Source: Ruminococcus sp.
Lineage (GTDB): Bacteria > Bacillota > Clostridia > Oscillospirales > Ruminococcaceae
Length of the DNA stretch: 54,724 nt
NCBI GenBank assembly: GCA_015066955.1
Contig: SVNJ01000001.1
Span: 1 to 54,724 of the forward strand
Direction of reading: 5' to 3'
Shown here: positions 49,695 through 54,724 of the stretch, piece after piece
Layout of the letters: every line of letters starts with the position of its first letter
How positions within the stretch are numbered: position 1 is the stretch's first letter
Notes under the pieces: model-generated
What the model was told of the DNA's origin: nothing
The model's database searches: none
What the model saw: only the letters and a program-made list of their open reading frames with translations
Position numbers and translations under genes: made by a program

Positions 49695-49724
49695 GTGATG
49701 GGAATATTTTCATAATCCCATCAC
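49695..49724 (-). terminator. Stem-loop after the MATE gene
   Basis: GTGATGGGA/TCCCATCAC inverted repeat directly after the stop; weak U-tract. Confidence 0.5.
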
Positions 49725-49728
49725 CGGT

Positions 49729-51048
49729 TTATCGCATTTTCCTGCGGTCAGCACAGTTTGAACTGATTATATATATTACAGCCGCTATGCATGTCACAAG
49801 CTCTGCCGCCGCAAAGGACAGCCATACACCGTCTATTTCAAGGAAATAGCCGAGAATCAGCACCATAGGCACTACCACAACCGCACTTCTGAGAAGCGAA
49901 ATGACAAATGCCTGCTTCGGCATATCAACTGCACTGTAAAATGCCGCTGTTACTATATTCAGTCCCGCAAAGAGAAAGCCTGAAAAGTATATCCGCATTC
50001 CTCTTACTGACAGTTTTGCAAGCTCAGGGTCGTTTCCGCTGTTGAATACTGCTGTTATAAATTCAGCGCACAAAAATACCGATACAAAAAGAACCAATGA
50101 TGCTGTTACGGAAGTAAATATACTATATCTGACAATTCTTCCTCTTTTCTTTAAATCCGAACATTCCCTGCTTGCAAGAGGCTGCATGCCCTGTGAAATT
50201 CCGTTGAAAACAGATGATGCAACAAGGGCGGTATTCGCTATAATTCCGTATGCCGCTACTGCTGTATTTCCGCCTGCTTTCAGAAGTACAAGGTTGAATA
50301 CGGTAACCGTTACAGCTGCTGAAAACTCTCCGATAAACGAGGACAACCCCAGCTTAAGCTGTGAAGTCATGCGCTTTATTTTCGGACATGACCATACGAG
50401 TTTTATTGTATTGTGCCTGCTTTTCAGATGTATACAAAGCACCGTTAGACTGATTATGGGTGAAAGTCCCGTTGCAAATACCGCACCGTACATTCCCATT
50501 GAAAAACGGAATATGAATATATAATCAAGGACAATATTCGCCATGCTGCTTATAAGCATTGCCGCCATGCTTATTTTTGAATTGCCGTCATTCCGCACAT
50601 ACGCAGATACTATATAATTAAGTATAAAACACGGTGAAAAACACAGCATAGTACTCATGTAAACATTTGAATGGTGAATTGTTTCATAATCCGCACCCAT
50701 TGCCTCAGAAATTGAAGGACTGAAAAATATTCCCGCTGTCATGAGTATAAGTGCCGTTATACCACCAAGAAACAATGATTGTACAAGCATTGTTTCTGCT
50801 TCATGTTTTTTGCCGAGACTGAGCAGAATACTTCTCCTTGCCGCTCCTCCGATTCCTATCATGAGTCCGAGTCCGTACATTACGCTGAATACCGCAAGTG
50901 CAAAATTAAGTGCTGCAAGTCCTTCCGCCCCGAGTGCAAGGGAAATAAAAAATGTGTCCGCAAGTATATAAAATGATATTCCGAGCATTCCCGCTACATT
51001 CTGTGTTACATTTCCGATAAATTCCGAAAGCAGACTTTTCTTTGCCAT
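49729..51048 (-). CDS. MATE family efflux transporter (MepA-like)
   Basis: About 12 TM segments, ADTFFI, VRNDGN, NIVLDYIFI...GAVFAT and GISQGMQP motifs; ATG at 51048 follows GGAGG. Confidence 0.92.
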   Translation of the reverse strand: MAKKSLLSEFIGNVTQNVAGMLGISFYILADTFFISLALGAEGLAALNFALAVFSVMYGLGLMIGIGGAARRSILLSLGKKHEAETMLVQSLFLGGITALILMTAGIFFSPSISEAMGADYETIHHSNVYMSTMLCFSPCFILNYIVSAYVRNDGNSKISMAAMLISSMANIVLDYIFIFRFSMGMYGAVFATGLSPIISLTVLCIHLKSRHNTIKLVWSCPKIKRMTSQLKLGLSSFIGEFSAAVTVTVFNLVLLKAGGNTAVAAYGIIANTALVASSVFNGISQGMQPLASRECSDLKKRGRIVRYSIFTSVTASLVLFVSVFLCAEFITAVFNSGNDPELAKLSVRGMRIYFSGFLFAGLNIVTAAFYSAVDMPKQAFVISLLRSAVVVVPMVLILGYFLEIDGVWLSFAAAELVTCIAAVIYIISSNCADRRKMR

Positions 51049-51119
51049 ATTTCCTCCAAAATCTGTGCTCAAAGCTGTTCAATAATCAATTTGTGCATAA
51101 TCTTTCTTTTTATTCACAC

Positions 51120-51208
51120 AAAAAAAGTCAGATACACCTCTATAAAGCCTGAAGAAGTGAGTCTGACGCTGAATCTGCATTACCCGGCGGCAATACAGAA
51201 AGATTATT
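51120..51208 (-). ncRNA. Probable guanidine-IV riboswitch (mepA/GGAM-1 motif)
   Basis: P1 hairpin UCUGUAUUGCC-GCCG-GGUAAUGCAGA, then AGCGUCAGA...GGUGUAUCUGAC plus U-tract terminator; CGCC/GGUG loop-loop complementarity; upstream of a MATE gene; matches my recollection of the consensus. Confidence 0.8.
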
Positions 51209-51214
51209 TTTTAG

Positions 51215-51243
51215 ATTATAGCATATATATCAAATTTTGTCAA
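51215..51243 (-). promoter_or_regulatory. Consensus sigma-A promoter driving the riboswitch-MATE transcript
   Basis: TTGACA-17 bp-TATAAT with TG extension. Confidence 0.85.
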
Positions 51244-51364
51244 ACGCAGGCTCTTTACATAATTCAGCTCAGTTTTTATAATAATTTTCCAATAATATAT
51301 TTTATCTGTGGTGATATAATACTATCACGGCATCAATAAATCAAATTTAAAGGAGAATTTAATT

Positions 51365-51544
51365 ATGAAGGGTGAATTTACTCAGAAGGGCAAGGAAGCT
51401 CTCGAAAGATTTAAGATGGAGTCTGCAAGCGAGGTAGGCGTAACACTCAAGCAGGGTTACAACGGTGACCTTACAGCACGTCAGGCAGGCTCAATCGGCG
51501 GTCAGATGGTTAAGAAGATGATTGACGCATACAAGATGCAGTAA
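51365..51544 (+). CDS. Alpha/beta-type small acid-soluble spore protein (59 aa, absent from the ORF track)
   Basis: AAGGAG RBS; MKGEFTQKGKEALERFKMESASEVGVTLKQGYNGDLTARQAGSIGGQMVKKMIDAYKMQ carries the SASP motifs. Confidence 0.93.
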   Translation: MKGEFTQKGKEALERFKMESASEVGVTLKQGYNGDLTARQAGSIGGQMVKKMIDAYKMQ

Positions 51545-51572
51545 TCGGATTCTCAATAAATAATATGTATTC

Positions 51573-51603
51573 GGAATACTCCCTCATGGGGGTATTCCTT
51601 TTT
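51573..51603 (+). terminator. Intrinsic terminator of the SASP gene
   Basis: GGAATACTCC/GGGGTATTCC stem plus T5. Confidence 0.85.
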
Positions 51604-51615
51604 GCTACATAACGC

Positions 51616-51647
51616 AAAAAGTACACATCCCGAAGAATGTGTACTTT
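51616..51647 (-). terminator. Intrinsic terminator with a UUCG tetraloop
   Basis: AAAGTACACATTC-TTCG-GGATGTGTACTTT followed by TT. Confidence 0.8.
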
Positions 51648-51720
51648 AAATAGCATTATTGTGCAGGCTGATCTATTTCTGTCATTGTAGCCACATCCCA
51701 ATATTATAGTATATGATTAC

Positions 51721-51749
51721 ATTATACTACAAGATTTGACAAAAAGCAA
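51721..51749 (-). promoter_or_regulatory. Sigma-A-type promoter about 100 nt upstream of that terminator
   Basis: TTGCTT-17 bp-TATAAT. Confidence 0.55.
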
Positions 51750-51764
51750 TAGATAGTGCAAAAA

Positions 51765-52214
51765 TTACCATCTATAATCACAGTTCTTACAATGATAGGT
51801 CTTACCAAAATTCTTACTGAATACACCTACAGTCAAAAATCCTGCCGCTTTCTTTGTATCAGAAATTTTTTCTATGTTAGTAGAACCACAAGTTAAACAT
51901 TTAGGGATGTTTTGTTGTTTTTCAATATGTTGTTGTTCAAGTTGTATTATTTGTTGAACCACATTTTTATTTTCAGTTGATAATTTTATTAACTGCTGAT
52001 TACATTTAGGACATTTAATGAATAATTTAGCATATTTTCGTTTGCATTTTTTACATCTTTTTGTTTTAGGTAAAGTTTGATATTCTTCATATGTTAATTC
52101 TGATATTACCAATTCTGAATTACAATGTGGACACAATTTACTTTTATTTGTTTCTTCAAAATTTGGGAAAAAGAGATTTTGACAATTTTGACAAACCATA
52201 AAATTTTGTTGCAT
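51765..52214 (-). CDS. AT-rich multi-zinc-ribbon hypothetical protein
   Basis: Six CxxC pairs; C-terminal PKCLTCGSTNIEKIS...FGKTYHCKNCDYRW; GGAG RBS; AT-biased codons. Confidence 0.8.
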   Translation of the reverse strand: MQQNFMVCQNCQNLFFPNFEETNKSKLCPHCNSELVISELTYEEYQTLPKTKRCKKCKRKYAKLFIKCPKCNQQLIKLSTENKNVVQQIIQLEQQHIEKQQNIPKCLTCGSTNIEKISDTKKAAGFLTVGVFSKNFGKTYHCKNCDYRW

Positions 52215-52219
52215 TCAAG

Positions 52220-54259
52220 TCACTCCATAATAAGTATAGCGATATTCAAATCTCCTTGTGGAGCCTGTTCCTGATTCTGCTGATTCTGATCCTGACCCTG
52301 CTGATTCTGATCGGGATTTTCCTGAGGCTGCTCCTGTACGGGAGGCTCAGTAGGTGCGGGTGTAGGAGCTTCTGTAGGTGCTTCAGTCGGAGCTTCTGTG
52401 GGTGCTTCGGTCGGAGCCTCTGTAGGCGCTTCTGTAGGCGGCTCTGTCGGAGGCGGCTCTGTTGCTATAACAGCATCCTTAGAGAGATAATACACTACAA
52501 GCGAGTGATTTTCCTTATTATCAAACTTGTCGCCCGGTTTTACAAGCTGACCGTTTACCTGAAGCTGTGTTACGGTGTTAGGTGTGCCGGATGAAGCTGT
52601 ATCTTCTGCAATAAGTGAGTAGTTAATAATACCCGCCTGCTTGAGGAGACTCTCATACTGAGAAACCGTCATATTGGCATAATTCGGAATCTCGGCTACT
52701 GCCTTACCCTTGCTTACCTTGACGTTTATTTTCTGACCCTTCTTGAAAGGCTCACCTGCGGCAATTTCCTGTTCAAAAATCTGGTCCTTCTGGTATTCGT
52801 CGTTAAACTCGAAGGTTGCTTCAAGCGTGAAGTATTCCTTATACTTATCCTTTGTTATTTCAAAATATTTGCCCTTAAGGTCGAACATAAGACTGTCGAG
52901 AACCTCTGTTTCAACCTCTGTTGAAGGCTCTGTAGTACCTGTTACGACGTTATCGGTCATTGATGAACCTGAGGATAAGGATGTCTCAGCATCATTATCA
53001 CTGTCACCTGCGAAAATATCAAGGAACCACACTGCAATAATCATAAGTATTGCAAGAAGAAGTATTCCTATAATTACGGGAACCTTAAGCTTATCAACGG
53101 TATTTACCTTTTCATAGCGGTAATTTTCCTCATACTCGTAATCATCATCGTCTTCTTCGTCATAGTATTCTTCTACAGGCTGCTGAACTCTTCTCTGAGG
53201 CTGAGGATTTCTCTGCTCATAGCGTCCTCCGCCGTAGTTTTCCTCACTGTAGTCATTTCTCTGACTGTTAGCAAGATGAAGCGGCTTCGCGGAAATCTGC
53301 TGCTCAAACAGCTTTGTAACAAGCTCTGTAATGGTCTGTATTCTGTCTCGTCCCGAAAGATTCATACCCTCCATAATTACACGGGATACGTGCTGGGGAA
53401 TGTTCTTATTGAGCATGTGAGGCAGACAGAGGTCATCGTTTTCAAGACGTCCTCTTGAATCAGACGGCATACAGCCTGTGAGAATTCTGTAAAGAAGTGC
53501 ACACATACTGTAAACGTCAGTCCATGAGCCCTGACGGCTGCTGCTGCTTGCTGAATACTGCTCTGGTGCGGCATAGCCTCTGAAAAGCTCATATTCAAGG
53601 CCTGCATCAGCTGTTCTTATGGCAGAAATGCAGAAGCCTGAAAGCTTAAGCTCGCCCTTGTTTGTAATATAAACCGTCTCGGGACTTATCGCACGATGCG
53701 TCATTCCCGCATTGTGAAGTATACCAATTGTTGTAAAAAGGGGCGGAAAAAGCTTTGAAACCTGTTCCCATGAAAGCTCTCCTGCATTGTCCTTAAGAAA
53801 ATCAAGAAGCTTCTTTCCCTCAATATATTCAAAAACAGTATATGTTGTATTATTTTCGGCAAACATATCAAGTGCCTGAATAATACTTGAATTTGCTCTC
53901 AGACGTGCAAGCGACTTATTAAGCTCGGTATATTCAGCCATAAAAGCCTTGTACTTGGCAAGATTGTTGTAATTTACGCTGATTGTAGGCTTGCCTTTTA
54001 CTCTTGTACAAAGATTTATAGGCATATACTCACGAATAAGCACCTTACAGCTGATAACCTTATCGTATCCTACATATGTAGCGCCCTCACCGTTATATTC
54101 AAGCAGTACGCCAACGAGATATCTTTCGTGGAGTATTGTACCCGGGGCAATATACATGGGATTGTGTGGTGTTGTTTCATCATATCCGCAGTGCGGGCAG
54201 ACTGTTCTCGGTGATTCATAGTTTCCCATGCAATTATAGCAGAATTTTCTTTCTCCCAA
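52220..54259 (-). CDS. Membrane Ser/Thr kinase-like protein (probable pseudokinase) with N-terminal zinc ribbon and PASTA-like domains
   Basis: CYNC/CPHC, kinase fold (GYAAPEQY, WTDVYS), TM segment, PASTA-like repeats and Pro/Thr tail; TTG start at 54259 follows AAAGGAGG. Confidence 0.85.
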   Translation of the reverse strand: MGERKFCYNCMGNYESPRTVCPHCGYDETTPHNPMYIAPGTILHERYLVGVLLEYNGEGATYVGYDKVISCKVLIREYMPINLCTRVKGKPTISVNYNNLAKYKAFMAEYTELNKSLARLRANSSIIQALDMFAENNTTYTVFEYIEGKKLLDFLKDNAGELSWEQVSKLFPPLFTTIGILHNAGMTHRAISPETVYITNKGELKLSGFCISAIRTADAGLEYELFRGYAAPEQYSASSSSRQGSWTDVYSMCALLYRILTGCMPSDSRGRLENDDLCLPHMLNKNIPQHVSRVIMEGMNLSGRDRIQTITELVTKLFEQQISAKPLHLANSQRNDYSEENYGGGRYEQRNPQPQRRVQQPVEEYYDEEDDDDYEYEENYRYEKVNTVDKLKVPVIIGILLLAILMIIAVWFLDIFAGDSDNDAETSLSSGSSMTDNVVTGTTEPSTEVETEVLDSLMFDLKGKYFEITKDKYKEYFTLEATFEFNDEYQKDQIFEQEIAAGEPFKKGQKINVKVSKGKAVAEIPNYANMTVSQYESLLKQAGIINYSLIAEDTASSGTPNTVTQLQVNGQLVKPGDKFDNKENHSLVVYYLSKDAVIATEPPPTEPPTEAPTEAPTEAPTEAPTEAPTEAPTPAPTEPPVQEQPQENPDQNQQGQDQNQQNQEQAPQGDLNIAILIME
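52340..52460 (-). repeat. 12-bp degenerate tandem repeat encoding (PTEA)n
   Basis: Translation TEPPPTEPPTEAPTEAPTEAPTEAPTEAPTPAPTEPP. Confidence 0.85.
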
Positions 54260-54314
54260 AGCAACTCCTCCTTTATTATCATAATCAGAAATGCACAGTA
54301 TATGCATCATATCT

Positions 54315-54343
54315 ATTTTATCAGCATTTTATCAAAAAGTCAA
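54315..54343 (-). promoter_or_regulatory. Sigma-A-type promoter of the kinase-like gene
   Basis: TTGACT-17 bp-TAAAAT with TG extension; contains a TGATAAAAT direct repeat. Confidence 0.6.
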
Positions 54344-54435
54344 CCGCTTAAAGCCTCTTATAATTAAATCGTCGGAATTTGTATTTTTTCTGTAATATTT
54401 ACAGCTTAATTCTTATACGTTTTGTAACAATTTAA

Positions 54436-54468
54436 GGCGGTAACAGATATTTTTGTATCGTTACCGCC
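54436..54468 (-). terminator. Stem-loop after the YnbB-like gene
   Basis: GGCGGTAAC/GTTACCGCC inverted repeat. Confidence 0.6.
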
Positions 54469-54481
54469 CTGTAATCAGAGT

Positions 54482-54724
54482 TTAAAGCTTTATAAGTCCG
54501 CTGTCAAGCATCTCTTGTGCCGCAAGCATCACACCGATTTTTCCGCTTGTATAGGTGATGCCGCCCTGCATCCACGCTGCAAAAGGCTCTCTTATGGGTG
54601 CGTCTGCCGAAAGCTCGATTGATGCTCCCATTGTAAATGCACCTGCCGCCATTATTACCTTGCTGTTATAGCCGGGCATGTCCCACGCTTCGGGAGTTAC
54701 AAATGAATCAACGGGTGCACCCTT
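54482..54724 (-). CDS. 3' end of a methionine gamma-lyase-like / aluminium-resistance (YnbB) family protein, partial
   Basis: WDMPGY...VIMAAGAFTMGASIELSADAPIREP...QGG; frame runs off the right edge. Confidence 0.85.
   Translation of the reverse strand, partial: KGAPVDSFVTPEAWDMPGYNSKVIMAAGAFTMGASIELSADAPIREPFAAWMQGGITYTSGKIGVMLAAQEMLDSGLIKL

Noticed and set aside
51510-51701. 63-aa minus-strand ORF overlapping the SASP 3' end
   Set aside because: It crosses two terminators, has no RBS and overlaps a well-supported gene on the other strand.
51650-51715. Self-cleaving ribozyme in the small AT-rich unit
   Set aside because: I could not find hammerhead, HDV-like, twister or pistol core motifs by eye.

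Overview
Mostly core chromosome of a spore-gene-bearing, dockerin-producing Clostridia bacterium, most likely a Ruminococcus (Oscillospiraceae); the taxonomy is inferred from gene content and order. The window holds the spoIIIAA-AH operon followed by asp23-nusB-tsaD-like-xseAB-ispA-dxs-tlyA-nadK-argR-recN. It then has a carbohydrate ABC importer, comEA, a dockerin-bearing papain-family protease, glgBCDA, spoIIE and two flavoproteins through rsmA. The right part carries a TagF-like gene beside an MBOAT/DHHW cassette, metY, a sortase cassette, a MATE exporter, a SASP gene missed by the ORF track and a PASTA pseudokinase. I saw no rRNA, tRNA, CRISPR array, transposase or integrase. The best candidates for something new are: (1) a ~430-nt structured, motif-repeating leader RNA ahead of the sugar ABC operon; (2) a small NrdD C-terminal-like protein whose glycyl-radical Gly appears replaced by Asp; (3) a ~20-bp RBS-sequestering inverted repeat ahead of an orphan solute-binding lipoprotein; and (4) an AT-rich zinc-ribbon islet carrying a ~100-nt promoter/mini-ORF/terminator unit that points antisense toward the SASP gene. 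Also present are a probable guanidine-IV riboswitch, a 1-nt frameshift in spoIIIAE and a chimeric left end that truncates a GH42 gene. All family assignments come from recalled motifs and synteny; no searches were run.
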